The notes under the pieces are model-generated. The model made no database searches. It was not told the origin of the DNA and saw nothing but the letters and a program-made list of their open reading frames with translations. Position numbers and translations under genes: made by a program. Source: an uncultured Clostridia bacterium (GTDB lineage Bacteria > Bacillota > Clostridia > Christensenellales > UBA1242). Taken from it: a DNA stretch of 61,586 nt. The DNA is taken from the NCBI GenBank assembly GCA_945928645.1, contig CAMENR010000004.1, positions 1 to 61,586 on the forward strand, read 5' to 3'. Of this stretch, positions 40,586 through 51,295 are shown piece by piece (position 1 is the first letter of the stretch; every line of letters begins with the position of its first letter).

Positions 40586-40916
40586 AACTATAGTTTATGA
40601 ATTTTTTGCAAAAAAATTTAATAAACATACAACTTTGTTATAAAAAACTGTATAAATATAATAAAAAATGCATAAATATTTGAAAAATTGTGTGTAGGCG
40701 AGTTTTTGAGGGATTTTATAGCAAAAACTTTGCATAAAAAAACAAAAAAATTCAATTATTGGTTGGACAAAATAAATTTGTGTGCTAAACTTTTGTTGTA
40801 AAAGAGTTGAAAATTGCTTGATTAGTGGGTTTCGTTGGGGTTTTGTGGTTTGATGATAAGACAAGTAAAAGCACACTAATTATTGAGCATTTTCGGTATA
40901 AACTTTGGAGGAAATT

Positions 40917-42860
40917 GTGGCAAAAAGTTATGATTCAAAAGACCTAGTAGTGTTGGAAGGGTTAGATGCAGTTAGGTTAAGGCCTGGTATGTATATTGGC
41001 TCTACGGGGAGCAAAGGCGTCCATCATATCTTGTGGGAGATTGTAGATAATGCTATTGATGAGATAACCAATGGTTATGGTTCAAAAATAGAGGTTACAT
41101 TGCACAAGGACGGTTCTGCAACAGTAGAAGATGACGGTAGGGGTATACCTGTGGATATTCACCCAGCATACAAAATTTCTGGGGCGGAACTTGTCTTTAC
41201 AAAGTTGCATGCAGGGGGCAAGTTTGACTCTAGCAACTATAATTATTCTGGCGGGTTGCATGGTGTGGGGGCTTCTGTTACCAATGCACTGTCTACTTAT
41301 CTAGAGGCAGAGATTTGCAGAGGAGGGAAGAAGTATGAAATCCGTTTTGAAAGTTTGGAGGACAAAAAGGGTAAAGTTCATGGTGGTGTAGTTACCAAAC
41401 CTCTTACAGAGATTGGGAAAACTAATAAAACAGGGAGTAAGATTACGTTTATGCCAGACAAAAGGATATTTTTGGACAATATCCTTGATGGCAGTGTAAT
41501 AAGGCGTAGGCTTAAGGAGTTGGCTTTTCTTAACAAAGGGCTGGAAATAGTTTTTGATGACGAAAAGGACGACATAACACAAACTTATAAATATGACGGT
41601 GGATTGGTGGACTTTATTGAATATCTCAACGAGGCAAAGACACCACTATTTAGACCTGCTCTTTATATAGAAAGTGAGAACGACAGGCTTAAGATGTCGG
41701 CATCTATAGAATATACAGATAGTTATACCGAGAGTTTTTTCTCCTATGTCAATAATATCCCAACCACAGAAGGTGGAACACACGAACTGGGTTTTAAGAC
41801 AGGGCTTACAAAGGTGATGAATGATGTGGCAAGAAAGTTAGGCCTCCTAAAAGACAAAGAGGATAATTTGCTGGGGGAAGATTACAGAGAAGGTATTTCG
41901 GCAGTGTTGTCAGTCAAGATGAGGGATATAGAATTTGAAGGTCAAACAAAGACCAAACTTGGTAATCCAGAAGTTAAGGGGATTGTTGAGGGTATGGTAA
42001 TAAAGGAACTCTCTCGTTTTTTTGAAAAGAAAGAAAATGCAAAGATTGCTTCTATTATACTAGAAAAGGCAAAAGGGGCATCTAGAGTAAGGCTGGCAGC
42101 CAAGAAAGCCAAAGAATTGACAAGGCAAAAAAATAGCATAGAAAATAGTAGCCTTGTGGGAAAACTTTCCAACTGCACTGGCAAAAAGCCAGAACTAAAT
42201 GAACTGTTTATAGTGGAAGGAGATAGTGCTGGTGGGAGTGCAAAACAGGCAAGAGATAGAGGTTTTCAGGCTATATTGCCACTGAGAGGAAAACCTTTGA
42301 ATGCAGAAAAAAAGAGATTGGACCAAGTGCTTGCCAACGAGGAGATTAGGTCTATTATTGGCTCTCTGGGGACAAGCATTGGGGAAGATTTTGATATTTC
42401 CAACTTAAAATTTCACAAGGTTATTATTCTTTCAGATGCTGACCAAGATGGAGCGCACATAAGGGCTATTTTGCTAACATTTTTCTTCCGTTATATGAAG
42501 GAACTGATAACCAACGGAAACGTTTATATTGGCTTGCCACCACTTTATAAGGTGGAAAAGAAAGGTCAAGTGGAATATGTGTATTCGGACAAGGAACTGC
42601 CAGATGCAATAAAGAGATTTGGCAAAGGTTATACTATACAGAGATACAAAGGACTAGGCGAAATGAATGCCGAACAGTTGTGGGAAACTACTATGAACCC
42701 ACAAACAAGGACTCTGGTGAAAGTGGGAGTTGATGATGTGGCGAATGCAGAGTTGCTGATAACTACTCTGATGGGCAATGACATAGAGGCAAGAAAGAAA
42801 TATCTTTCGGAATATGTGGACTTTAATAAGGTAGATAACTTTATGAAGTTGGACAAATAA
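40917..42860 (+). CDS. parE: Type IIA topoisomerase B subunit, most likely topoisomerase IV ParE
   Basis: GHKL ATPase (LEGLDAVRLRPGMYIGS, EIVDNAIDE, GGLHGVGAS), Toprim (ELFIVEGDSAGGSAKQ, LSDADQDGAHI). GTG 40917 follows SD GGAGG at 40907-40911. ParE rather than GyrB is inferred from the partner lacking a GyrA box and from the non-origin context. Confidence 0.82.
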   Translation: MAKSYDSKDLVVLEGLDAVRLRPGMYIGSTGSKGVHHILWEIVDNAIDEITNGYGSKIEVTLHKDGSATVEDDGRGIPVDIHPAYKISGAELVFTKLHAGGKFDSSNYNYSGGLHGVGASVTNALSTYLEAEICRGGKKYEIRFESLEDKKGKVHGGVVTKPLTEIGKTNKTGSKITFMPDKRIFLDNILDGSVIRRRLKELAFLNKGLEIVFDDEKDDITQTYKYDGGLVDFIEYLNEAKTPLFRPALYIESENDRLKMSASIEYTDSYTESFFSYVNNIPTTEGGTHELGFKTGLTKVMNDVARKLGLLKDKEDNLLGEDYREGISAVLSVKMRDIEFEGQTKTKLGNPEVKGIVEGMVIKELSRFFEKKENAKIASIILEKAKGASRVRLAAKKAKELTRQKNSIENSSLVGKLSNCTGKKPELNELFIVEGDSAGGSAKQARDRGFQAILPLRGKPLNAEKKRLDQVLANEEIRSIIGSLGTSIGEDFDISNLKFHKVIILSDADQDGAHIRAILLTFFFRYMKELITNGNVYIGLPPLYKVEKKGQVEYVYSDKELPDAIKRFGKGYTIQRYKGLGEMNAEQLWETTMNPQTRTLVKVGVDDVANAELLITTLMGNDIEARKKYLSEYVDFNKVDNFMKLDK

Positions 42861-42929
42861 GCAAGGACTAGCCCTTGCGAATTTGGTCAAAATTAGCCAA
42901 CATAAAAGATTGAAATTACGGGGATTATT

Positions 42930-45900
42930 ATGGATGATGAAGAAGAATTTCTTCCGCCAGGCGCAATAGATGGGCAGATTGAGATTGGCGAACTGTTTGT
43001 GCATGAGGAAGAAAAACCTAAAAATGATGATGATGAAAGGGAAAAAATAGAGGTTGCCGATGGGCAAATGTCTATATTAGATGAACTGTTGGCTAAATGC
43101 AAAAAGGATAGTTTGCAAACAAAAAATGTTGACGAAAATCAAACACAAAAGGAAGATGAAAATTTGAAAAGTAAAGACAGCAAAGACAAATCGAAAACAC
43201 TAAACTCACTGCTTGCTAAGATTGGTGGAGAACCATCAAAAGTGGTAAAAAATATAACAAGCGAGAACAAAACACCAAGCAAAGACGCAAAAGCCCCTAA
43301 TAAACCTGCAAAAGTGGAGAAAAATGTAGAAAAAGCCACAAAAAAGACTGAAAAAGACGAAAAATTAACAACAAAATCGCAAAAAAGCAGTTCAAAATCA
43401 ACTAAAAGTGCCACAAAAGACAGTGAAAAAGGCAAAAAAGGGACAAAGGCAACAAAAGTTGAGAAAGAGCAAGTTTTGAAAGGTTCAAAATCGGCAAAAG
43501 GCAAAAAGGGTAATGAAGAGGAATTAACTTCAACCAAAAAAGAAGCAAAAGTTGATAAGGAAGCAAAAAATAGTAAAAAAGAGCCTGAAATTAAGAAATC
43601 AAAGTCATCTTCACGCAAAAAAACAGAGGAAGTTGACCCTGATATTTTCTTTGACAGTGATGAAAACCAAAAAGTTAGGCATGATGTGGAAGATTTGAAC
43701 AAGGGCTTTGAAGAAGTTGATAGAAATGTTGGAAGAAATGTTTTTGCTGACCTTGGAGATAGAGATGATTACAAAAATTTGAACAGAGTTGACATAGAAG
43801 AAAAAGTGTATATGGAGAACTCTGGCGAAAATATTGGCGATGGTCTGTTGTATAAAAACCTGGACACAGTGCTACATGAGAGTATGATACCTTATTCTGA
43901 GCATGTTATTTTGGATAGGGCTTTGCCACGAGTGGAAGATGGGTTGAAACCTGTTCAGAGAAGGATTTTGTTTGCTATGCACGAATTGGGCAACACTCCA
44001 GACAAACCATTCAAAAAGTCTGCTCGTATCGTGGGTGAAACTTTGGGTAAATATCACCCTCATGGTGATGCTTCTGTGTATGATGCAATGGTCAGATTGG
44101 CGCAAAACTTTAATATGCGTAATATTTTGGTGGAGGGAAACGGAAACTTTGGTAGTGTTGATGGCGACCCACCAGCAGCGGCTCGTTATACAGAGGTTAG
44201 GCTAGCACCAATAGCATTGGAGTTGCTACGAGATTTGGACAAAAACACTGTAAAGTGGGGGCTTAACTTTGATGACACTCAAAAAGAACCTCAGATGTTA
44301 CCTGGTAGATTTCCAAATATTTTAGTTAATGGTTCATCGGGTATTGCAGTGGGGCTGGCTACAAATATCCCTACCCACAACCTTGCAGAAACGATAGATG
44401 GTGTGGTGGCATATATTGACAACCCAAACATAACACTAAAACAAATGATGAAGATTATCAAAGGGCCGGACTTCCCAACAGGTGGGTATATTTTGGAGAG
44501 TTCGGAACTGTATAAGGCGTACGAAACTGGTCGAGGCAAAATATATATTAGGGCAAAGATGCATATTGAAGGAGCGGGAACAGATAGAAAGAGCATTGTA
44601 ATAACGGAATTGCCATATCAAGTGAACAAGGCTAGTCTTCTTCAAAAAATTGCTGGATTTAAGGATGAAGGGAAGTTTGGTTTTGAGGGCATTGCAGAGA
44701 TAAGGGACGAGTCGGATAGGCATGGGCAAAGGGCTGTTTTGCGACTTAAGAAAGATGTGAGTGTCAACAAAATTTATGAGTCACTGCTAAAAAATACCGA
44801 ACTTCAAGGCACTTTTGGAGTGAATATGGTGGCTATTGCTGGTGGTAAGCCAAAGCAAATGGGTCTGTTGGACATTATTTCTTATTACAGTGAGTATCAG
44901 CGAGAAGTTGTGTTAAGAAGAAGCAAGTATGACCTAGAACAAGCGGAAGAAAGGGCTCATATTTTGGAAGGGCTTATCATTGCAATCAAAAATATTGATG
45001 CAGTGGTCAAAATTATCAAGACTTCTCCAAACACCACAGAAGCAAAGAAAAGGTTAAGAGAAAAGTTTATCCTTGACGACAGGCAAGCACAGGCAATACT
45101 GGATATGAGGCTGGCAAGATTGACAAGTCTTGAAGTGAACAAACTTCAGGAGGAGTTGAAAGGGTTAAAAATTCTTATTAAGGAATTGAGGTCTATTGTG
45201 GAAAGCCCAAGAAAACAGTATGAAGTGGTCAAATCCGAATTGTTGCAAATAAAGAAGCAATATAAGAGCGAAAGGCTTACCAAATTCCTAAAAGATGATG
45301 AAAAATTGGTAACAGCGGAAGAAATTGCCGAAAAGGAAAATGATGTAAAGGAATTGGTTCTTCTAAAAACTGCAGAAGAAACCTTTAAGGCTGTGCCATT
45401 AAAACAATACAATTTGAGTGGAAAAGAGTTGGAAGAAGGCTCTACGTTATCACAAGTCCACACCCTCAAACTTAATGTTACTTCAACCTCAAATATTATT
45501 GCTTTTACCAATTTTGGAAATTGTCTTAAGATGGCTGTTTCATCTTTTGGAGAAAGCAGATATAGGGATAAAGGCTCGGTGGATTATTCTATATTTAGGG
45601 ATCTTGGCAAAGACGAGCATATTGTGGCATTGTTTGATGAAAAAGATGTGAAGGGGAAAGAAAATCTTATATTCCTAACCAAATTTGGTATGATAAAAAA
45701 GACTGCTAGGGAGGAATATACTCTGCTAAAAAAGACCTATCAAGCAATCAAACTGAAAGAGGGAGATGAACTATTGTCCGTTGTGCCAGAGCCAAAGGAA
45801 GACTGGACAATAATGTTTGTTACAAAAGACGGAATGGTTCTTAATGCAAAGACTGATGATATACCTTTGCAGGGACGTGTGGCAGGTGGTGTTAAGGGGG

Positions 45901-46250
45901 TTGCTCTTGGTGCAAAGGATATATGTGTGTGTGCTAGCATTTGTCAAAAAGATGCTGGCGAGGTGTTGATTGTCTGCGATAAAGGATTGGCAAAACGAAC
46001 AACTGTAAAATCTATTGAGCAGAGTGTGAGATATAGAAAAGGGCAAAAAATTGTTGGAACAGGCAACAATGTTGTGTTTGCAGATGTGATAACTGAGCCA
46101 AAAACCTTGTGTGTGATAGATAGTAGCAACGAACTTCACTTCAAAACCACTGACCTTGTGGCAATAGATAGTAGAACGGGTAAGGGTAAGCCATTTGACA
46201 AACAGCAGAAAAACCTTGCTCCAAAGAAAGCCTTTTTGCCGATAACATAA
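42930..46250 (+). CDS. parC: Type IIA topoisomerase A subunit, ParC-like, with an N-terminal lysine-rich extension of about 290 aa
   Basis: Core starts near [29 protein letters not shown], with [17 protein letters not shown] and the active-site AAARYTE. I saw no QRRGGKG-type GyrA box at the start of the C-terminal beta-pinwheel. The frame is open from ATG 42930, 69 nt after parE. Confidence 0.8.
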   Translation: MDDEEEFLPPGAIDGQIEIGELFVHEEEKPKNDDDEREKIEVADGQMSILDELLAKCKKDSLQTKNVDENQTQKEDENLKSKDSKDKSKTLNSLLAKIGGEPSKVVKNITSENKTPSKDAKAPNKPAKVEKNVEKATKKTEKDEKLTTKSQKSSSKSTKSATKDSEKGKKGTKATKVEKEQVLKGSKSAKGKKGNEEELTSTKKEAKVDKEAKNSKKEPEIKKSKSSSRKKTEEVDPDIFFDSDENQKVRHDVEDLNKGFEEVDRNVGRNVFADLGDRDDYKNLNRVDIEEKVYMENSGENIGDGLLYKNLDTVLHESMIPYSEHVILDRALPRVEDGLKPVQRRILFAMHELGNTPDKPFKKSARIVGETLGKYHPHGDASVYDAMVRLAQNFNMRNILVEGNGNFGSVDGDPPAAARYTEVRLAPIALELLRDLDKNTVKWGLNFDDTQKEPQMLPGRFPNILVNGSSGIAVGLATNIPTHNLAETIDGVVAYIDNPNITLKQMMKIIKGPDFPTGGYILESSELYKAYETGRGKIYIRAKMHIEGAGTDRKSIVITELPYQVNKASLLQKIAGFKDEGKFGFEGIAEIRDESDRHGQRAVLRLKKDVSVNKIYESLLKNTELQGTFGVNMVAIAGGKPKQMGLLDIISYYSEYQREVVLRRSKYDLEQAEERAHILEGLIIAIKNIDAVVKIIKTSPNTTEAKKRLREKFILDDRQAQAILDMRLARLTSLEVNKLQEELKGLKILIKELRSIVESPRKQYEVVKSELLQIKKQYKSERLTKFLKDDEKLVTAEEIAEKENDVKELVLLKTAEETFKAVPLKQYNLSGKELEEGSTLSQVHTLKLNVTSTSNIIAFTNFGNCLKMAVSSFGESRYRDKGSVDYSIFRDLGKDEHIVALFDEKDVKGKENLIFLTKFGMIKKTAREEYTLLKKTYQAIKLKEGDELLSVVPEPKEDWTIMFVTKDGMVLNAKTDDIPLQGRVAGGVKGVALGAKDICVCASICQKDAGEVLIVCDKGLAKRTTVKSIEQSVRYRKGQKIVGTGNNVVFADVITEPKTLCVIDSSNELHFKTTDLVAIDSRTGKGKPFDKQQKNLAPKKAFLPIT

Positions 46251-46480
46251 TGGACCTTTTGGGCAAAAACAAAAGAAGTGATTGTTATATTTGATTAAAA
46301 TATTTACAAATTATTAGTTTACAAATAACTATTACAAAAAGTGTGTGTCGTGTGATGCATACTTTTTTTTGTAATATTTGTTTGAGATAATCAATAAAAA
46401 TATATAAGTAAAAGTGTTTCTACAAAACAAGACACATAAGGACAAAATTGGCTTAAATAAAAAAGGAGAAAAGAGGTATT

Positions 46481-47260
46481 ATGAAGAAGCATTCAAGAGT
46501 ATGGTTTGTTGTTTTGAAAAGCAAAACTATGAAGATTGCGTTTTTTGTTTTGTGCTGTGCTATGTTGCTTAGTTTTAACTTTGGTGGAGAGAGCCTTGCA
46601 AGTGTTTTTGTTCAAAAAAGTCGCAAATTGCCTATTTATTGCGTGCAGAATGAGAAGAAGGAAATTGCACTAAGTTTTGACGCTGCCTGGGGTAGTGATA
46701 AGACGGAAAAGATATTACAAATACTAGATGAACAAGGTATAAAGGCAAATTTCTTTTTGGTGGGAATGTGGGTGGATAAAAATGAAGAACTGGTAAAAGA
46801 AATTGACCAAAAAGGACATGAAATTGGTACACATAGCAACACTCATCCAGATTTTGTAAAGTTGTCTAAGGAGCAGATGGAGTTGGAACTTGCTACATCA
46901 AAAAAGAAGATAAGCAACATAACTGGCAAAGAAGTAACACTTTTTAGGGCTCCATATGGCTCTTATAACAACACAGTTTTGACCATTGCAGAAAATAAAG
47001 GGCTAAAAACTATTCAATGGGATGTGGATAGCCTAGACTGGAAGGGTATTTCTGCAGGGCAAATAGCTGGCAATGTGATAAAAAAGGTGCAGAGTGGCTC
47101 GATTATTCTTTGTCATAACAACGCAGAGCATATTGTGGAGGCTTTGCCATCAATTTTGACAACTTTGAAGGTCAATGGATATAAGTTTGTTACTATAGGA
47201 GAGCTTTTGTTGGATGGAAATACAAAAATTGACCACACAGGGCGACAAATTGCATGCTGA
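46481..47260 (+). CDS. Polysaccharide deacetylase (NodB fold), secreted or membrane anchored
   Basis: IALSFDAAWG, NFFLVGMWV, HEIGTHSNTH and LFRAPYGSYN, with an N-terminal hydrophobic signal/anchor. SD AAAAGGAGAAAAGAGG. Confidence 0.85.
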   Translation: MKKHSRVWFVVLKSKTMKIAFFVLCCAMLLSFNFGGESLASVFVQKSRKLPIYCVQNEKKEIALSFDAAWGSDKTEKILQILDEQGIKANFFLVGMWVDKNEELVKEIDQKGHEIGTHSNTHPDFVKLSKEQMELELATSKKKISNITGKEVTLFRAPYGSYNNTVLTIAENKGLKTIQWDVDSLDWKGISAGQIAGNVIKKVQSGSIILCHNNAEHIVEALPSILTTLKVNGYKFVTIGELLLDGNTKIDHTGRQIAC

Positions 47261-47287
47261 TGCAAAAAAAACAAAGGGAGATTGAAA

Positions 47288-47938
47288 ATGAATTACGAAT
47301 TGATGGAAAACAACAAGGTTTTCCTTAAGGGGATTGTTTCTTCTGAAGCAAAATTTAGTCATGAGGTTTTTGGAGAGGGCTTTTATGAATTGAATATCAA
47401 AGTTGCTCGACTTTCTGACAACTTTGACATTGTGCCTGTTACTGTTTCCGAAAAACTATTGGCAGGGGATTGTTTTGCATTGGGCAAGGAGGTTGCTATT
47501 AGGGGACAATTTAGGAGTTATAACAAGATGGTTGACGGTAAAAGTAAGTTATTGCTGACTGTTTTTGTGCGAAATATTATAGAAATGGACGATTCTATCA
47601 ATCCAAATATTGTAGAATTGACTGGGTTTGTGTGCAAAGAACCTGTGTTTAGGACGACCCCTTTTGGCAGGGAGATATGTGATGTGTTGTTGGCAGTTAA
47701 TAGGGCTTATAACAAGTCAGATTATTTGCCTTGTATTGCTTGGGGAAGAAATGCTAGATATGTAAAAACAATAAAAGTAGGTCAAAAGGTAGATGTGGTC
47801 GGCAGGATTCAGAGTAGAGAATATCAAAAGAAATTGTCTGACACAGAAGTGGAAACTCGGGTTGCATACGAACTTTCTATCGGCAAAATTCATCTTTCGC
47901 AAGATGAGCAAAGAGAAGGCGACATACAACTTGCATAA
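47288..47938 (+). CDS. SSB-family protein with two tandem OB folds, no acidic C-terminal tip
   Basis: Both halves follow the SSB pattern. The second half especially: VELTGFVCKEPVFRTTPFGREICDVLLAVNR....CIAWGRNARYV..IKVGQKVDVVGRIQSREY. ATG 47288 after SD GGGAGA. Ends in REGDIQLA rather than a DDDIPF-like tip. Confidence 0.6.
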   Translation: MNYELMENNKVFLKGIVSSEAKFSHEVFGEGFYELNIKVARLSDNFDIVPVTVSEKLLAGDCFALGKEVAIRGQFRSYNKMVDGKSKLLLTVFVRNIIEMDDSINPNIVELTGFVCKEPVFRTTPFGREICDVLLAVNRAYNKSDYLPCIAWGRNARYVKTIKVGQKVDVVGRIQSREYQKKLSDTEVETRVAYELSIGKIHLSQDEQREGDIQLA

Positions 47939-48143
47939 GTTATAAGTTTGAAAAAATATTATGTAATATAAATGTAAAATATATATCAAGTTAGAGTGAT
48001 ATAAAAAAGTTAAATTGTAATAAAAAAAGTATATAATTGTTTTATACTTATAAAGATTGCATATAACAACATGTTTGTATCAAGGTATTTTATTGATTAA
48101 AGATAAAAGTATAAGAGAAAAATTAAGAGAATAATTTATGCAT

Positions 48144-48177
48144 AAACCTTTGGATTGCGTGTCTGAAGGTTTTTTGT
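48144..48177 (+). terminator. Rho-independent terminator about 200 nt downstream of the SSB-like gene
   Basis: AAACCTT (48144-48150) pairs with AAGGTTT (48165-48171), 14-nt loop, T-run. Confidence 0.5.
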
Positions 48178-48454
48178 TATATAAAAGCGCTTGTAGCAAA
48201 AGAGAGGGGATAAAATAAAAACTTTGAAAAGAATAAACTCGTTTTGCAATGAATTTTCGCTTATTGATTCAATATTTTAACAAATATCGAACAAATGTTT
48301 GATAAAAATGATATTGTGGACTCACACTGACATATTTTGGGTTGTATCATTGGCTAACAAAATGATTTTTTGCTTAAAACTGGTGCTATTTTGAGCAAAA
48401 AAAATAATTTTGTAAAAAAATATTAAAAAATATTAAAAAATGTGTCACTACTTC

Positions 48455-48483
48455 TTGACTTTTGAAAATATGGCTTATAAAAT
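48455..48483 (+). promoter_or_regulatory. Candidate promoter (TTGACT-17-TAAAAT)
   Basis: TTGACT at 48455-48460, TAAAAT at 48478-48483, upstream of ATG 48529 (SD AGAGAGGA). Confidence 0.4.
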
Positions 48484-48528
48484 GAAAATGTAGGGTGGCG
48501 AAAAATGTAGAAAAAGAGAGGATTTTTT

Positions 48529-49062
48529 ATGGATATTGAAATTTGTTGTAAGGCGCTATTGTCTATATATAAGTTGCTACCAGCATTGTGTGATAGTATA
48601 GACAAGATTGTGGTAGCAAGGGCGATTGCTCCTGTTACGGTGGAAAATGAAGGGACGTTTAGACAAACCAACTCGGTAATTGCCTTGTCATCACAAAAGG
48701 TTAATTTGATAAATGTAAAAGTAATGATGGACAAGACCTTGGCTCAGATGGATGAAAGTTTGGCAAGAATTATTATCAATCATTTTATAGACGGAGTGAA
48801 AAGTGATGAATGCGCAAAGTTATTAGGCTGGTCTAGAAGGGAATATTTTAGAAAGTCAAAACAAGCTCTTAAAAGTTTTCAATGGGGGTTTTTAACAAAT
48901 CTTTTGAAGGAAAGGAAGGTTTATGACGAATTTTTTAAGGGACTGTTTTGGCAAGACACAATGGAAAGAATTGGCACTTTTGCAAATTCTGGTGGCAAAA
49001 TAGAAAGTTGTCCAGATATGGTTTGCAACCTAATTTTGAAGAGATTGAGGAGAATATTGTAA
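48529..49062 (+). CDS. Sigma-70 region-4-like HTH protein, resembling phage late-gene activators (RinA/ArpU/DUF1492-type)
   Basis: LARIIINHFIDGVKSDECAKLLGWSRREYFRKSKQALKSF has the shape of a sigma region-4 HTH. It lies upstream of a terminase remnant. The family call is tentative. Confidence 0.4.
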   Translation: MDIEICCKALLSIYKLLPALCDSIDKIVVARAIAPVTVENEGTFRQTNSVIALSSQKVNLINVKVMMDKTLAQMDESLARIIINHFIDGVKSDECAKLLGWSRREYFRKSKQALKSFQWGFLTNLLKERKVYDEFFKGLFWQDTMERIGTFANSGGKIESCPDMVCNLILKRLRRIL

Positions 49063-49100
49063 AAGTCCTGCAAATGTAACAAATTTTTGTGTGGTTGTCG

Positions 49101-50075
49101 TTAAATGGTGTGGTCTGTGATGTCTTCTATTTGGCGTATTGTTTTGGAGTTAAGTTTGTTTTTGGGGGTGTGAGATGTAAGGGATTTTTCTATTTTATAA
49201 GGTTTTAGCAGTAGGTATATAAGCAGTAGAACTGGGAGTGTGGTGAATAATATTATCAATATCTTTGATAAAAGAGAGATGTTTACCAAATTGTATAGAT
49301 AGTCGTTGCTTTCGCCAAAAGGGGTTGAAAGAGGGGTTGTTTGCTCGGTGTTGAGGGGAATATGTGACAGTTGGTCGGTAAGACCTTTGTAGATGTAACC
49401 ACTCTCGCCAGTTGGAGTAGTGCCAAAATACCACGTAGAACCTCTGCCAGAAATATTTTCTTGCCCTATAGACTTGCCATAATACTTAATAATTGTGTTT
49501 TGCTCAACGGTCGTTATGACTGTTGGGCTTTTTGATGTGGGGTTGGCAACCATTTCTGTTCCACCTGGGGTATAAACCCTAAAAGTTACACCCTCGAGAT
49601 AAGGTGTTTCTGGGGTTTCTTTTACGGGAGTTACAGAACTTTTGAGGACAAAGCCTGTGAGGTCTTGATACATAACTTTGTAGAACAAATTGTTGTAATC
49701 GGAAAGTAGCCCTACAAAGTAACTTTCTGGGATTTCAAAAAGAATATTAGATTGTTCTGTGCTTTGGGCAGACTTATAAAGATACACTCCACTGGTTTCT
49801 GCACGAGCATAGACATAACTTGTAAGTGAAGGGGTAAGGCGAGGTTGAAAGGTGGCATATACGGGGTGGTGGAGGAGGGAAAAAGTGCCAAAGATAGTTG
49901 CAATAATGGATAAGATTGCAACTGCCAAAATAAAAAACCTTGTGCGAGAGGTTGAGTTGTGTTTGCTGAAAGTGTTTTTCAATTCTTTAACTCCTTTTGA
50001 GCAAGTTTTGAACGAAAATTTTGTTCGGCTTTGTCTTAAGAAGTTGAGATGTTTTGATAAGTTTTGTATCAACAT
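49101..50075 (-). CDS. Membrane protein with two SH3b-like repeats between N- and C-terminal TM helices
   Basis: TM (FFILAVAILSIIATIFGTF), then two segments with an SH3b-like pattern (VYARAETSGVYLYKS...FYKVMYQDLTGFVLKSSV and VTFRVYTPGG...WYFGTTPTGESGYIYKGL), then a C-terminal TM. The start is uncertain (ATG 50075 or TTG 50093) and no SD is present. Confidence 0.5.
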   Translation of the reverse strand: MLIQNLSKHLNFLRQSRTKFSFKTCSKGVKELKNTFSKHNSTSRTRFFILAVAILSIIATIFGTFSLLHHPVYATFQPRLTPSLTSYVYARAETSGVYLYKSAQSTEQSNILFEIPESYFVGLLSDYNNLFYKVMYQDLTGFVLKSSVTPVKETPETPYLEGVTFRVYTPGGTEMVANPTSKSPTVITTVEQNTIIKYYGKSIGQENISGRGSTWYFGTTPTGESGYIYKGLTDQLSHIPLNTEQTTPLSTPFGESNDYLYNLVNISLLSKILIILFTTLPVLLLIYLLLKPYKIEKSLTSHTPKNKLNSKTIRQIEDITDHTI

Positions 50076-50129
50076 TTTAGCAAAGAAAAACAAAAAATTG
50101 AACGGAGAGATTGTCGAAAGGAATGGATT

Positions 50130-51149
50130 ATGGAAGAAAAAGATGAGAAAACAGAAAACCTAAGAGAAATTGTTGTCAAATTGCGTGATATTTATAACAT
50201 TTTGCAATCTCGCAAAAATGATAAACTGGCAAATTACAACAAAGGGGAAAAGATACACAAAAAACAATTGGCTTTTCATCAATGCCAGAAGAAAAATAGG
50301 TGGGTTTTTGGTGGAAATAGAACGGGCAAAACAGAATGTGGTGCAGTGGAATGTGTTTGGCTGGCAAGGGGGATACACCCATATAGGACAAATAAAAAGG
50401 ATTGTTGTGGTTGGGTGGTTAGTGTATCACAGCAAGTGCAAAGAGATGTGGCTCAGAAGAAGATTTTGAGTTATATCCGACCAGAGTGGATTGTAGATAT
50501 TGTTATGTTGTCTGGCAGGAAAGATTTTGCAGAAGGTGGGGTAATAGATTTTATTAAGATAAAGAATGTGTTTGGTGGAGAGAGTGTGATTGGGTTTAAG
50601 AGTTGCGACCAAGGCAGAGAAAAGTTTCAGGGGGCAAGTTTGGACTATGTTTGGTTTGATGAGGAACCGTCAAAGGATATTTATCTAGAGTGCAAGATGA
50701 GAGTTATGGATAGGTGCGGAGAAATATTTGCAACTATGACTCCACTAAAAAATCTTTCGTGGGTTTATGATGAAATATTTATGAACAGAAATGGTGATGA
50801 TGAGGTTTGGTATGAGCAGATGCAGTGGGAGGATAATCCCTTTTTAGATGCAAAAGAGGTGGAATATTTTGAAAAATCTATGAGTGCAGACGACCTTGAA
50901 AGCAGGAAATATGGACATTTTATTGGTGCTTGTGGCTTGGTGTATAAAGATTTTGACCAAAATGTGAATGTAATTGAGCCTTTTGATGTGCCAAAGGAAT
51001 GGTTTGATACTATGTCTATCGACCCTGGTCTTAATAATCCTCTCTCTTGCCATTGGTATGCTGTGGATTACGATGGCAATGTGTTTGTGGTGGCGGAACA
51101 TCTTTACGCACCAGAAGTCTGGTGCTTTTTTATATCAAAAATGGGGTAA
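50130..51149 (+). pseudogene. Phage terminase large subunit, truncated after the ATPase domain
   Basis: Walker A GGNRTGKTE, Walker B LDYVWFDEEP and ATMTPL coupling motif. The frame ends about 25 aa after SIDPGLNNP, the first acidic motif of the nuclease domain. No continuation in any frame. Confidence 0.7.
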
Positions 51150-51295
51150 AACAGGGGTGTTTGGCGGTGTTTCAGGGTGGAAGTAAGGCAAATCAGACAA
51201 ATTTTAATCTTTGTTTGGTTTTATGATATTTCTGGTGCGTTAATTCTTGCATAGTTTTAGGGTGCAACACATACACAAAAAAGTCTGATTTTTTC

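Larger units (their letters stand above)
48529..51149 (+). mobile_element. Decayed prophage remnant (late regulator-like gene plus truncated terminase)
   Basis: Only two phage-type genes remain. The terminase lacks its nuclease domain, and I saw no integrase, portal, capsid or att sites. Confidence 0.4.

Noticed and set aside
43139-43702. 187-aa minus-strand ORF opposite the ParC N-terminal extension
   Set aside because: The open frame follows from the AAR/GAR-rich low-complexity sense strand (the reverse gives F/S/L codons). The sense frame is contiguous with the conserved ParC core.
40917-46250. Calling the topoisomerase pair gyrB-gyrA
   Set aside because: I found no GyrA-box (QRRGGKG-like) at the start of the A-subunit C-terminal domain. 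The locus is not next to dnaA/dnaN/recF-type origin genes. parE-parC is more likely, but this needs phylogeny to confirm.
47939-48528. A tRNA, tmRNA or other structured RNA as an integration target in the 590-bp gap
   Set aside because: I could not find a cloverleaf-compatible or GC-rich structured segment by eye, only one terminator hairpin and AT-rich sequence. A tRNAscan or Rfam run would be needed to be sure.
50974-51186. The 70-aa +1/+2 frame ORF as a frameshifted continuation of the terminase
   Set aside because: Its sequence (hydrophobic, Leu/Ile/Cys-rich) bears no resemblance to a terminase nuclease domain, and it overlaps the ATPase-domain coding frame.
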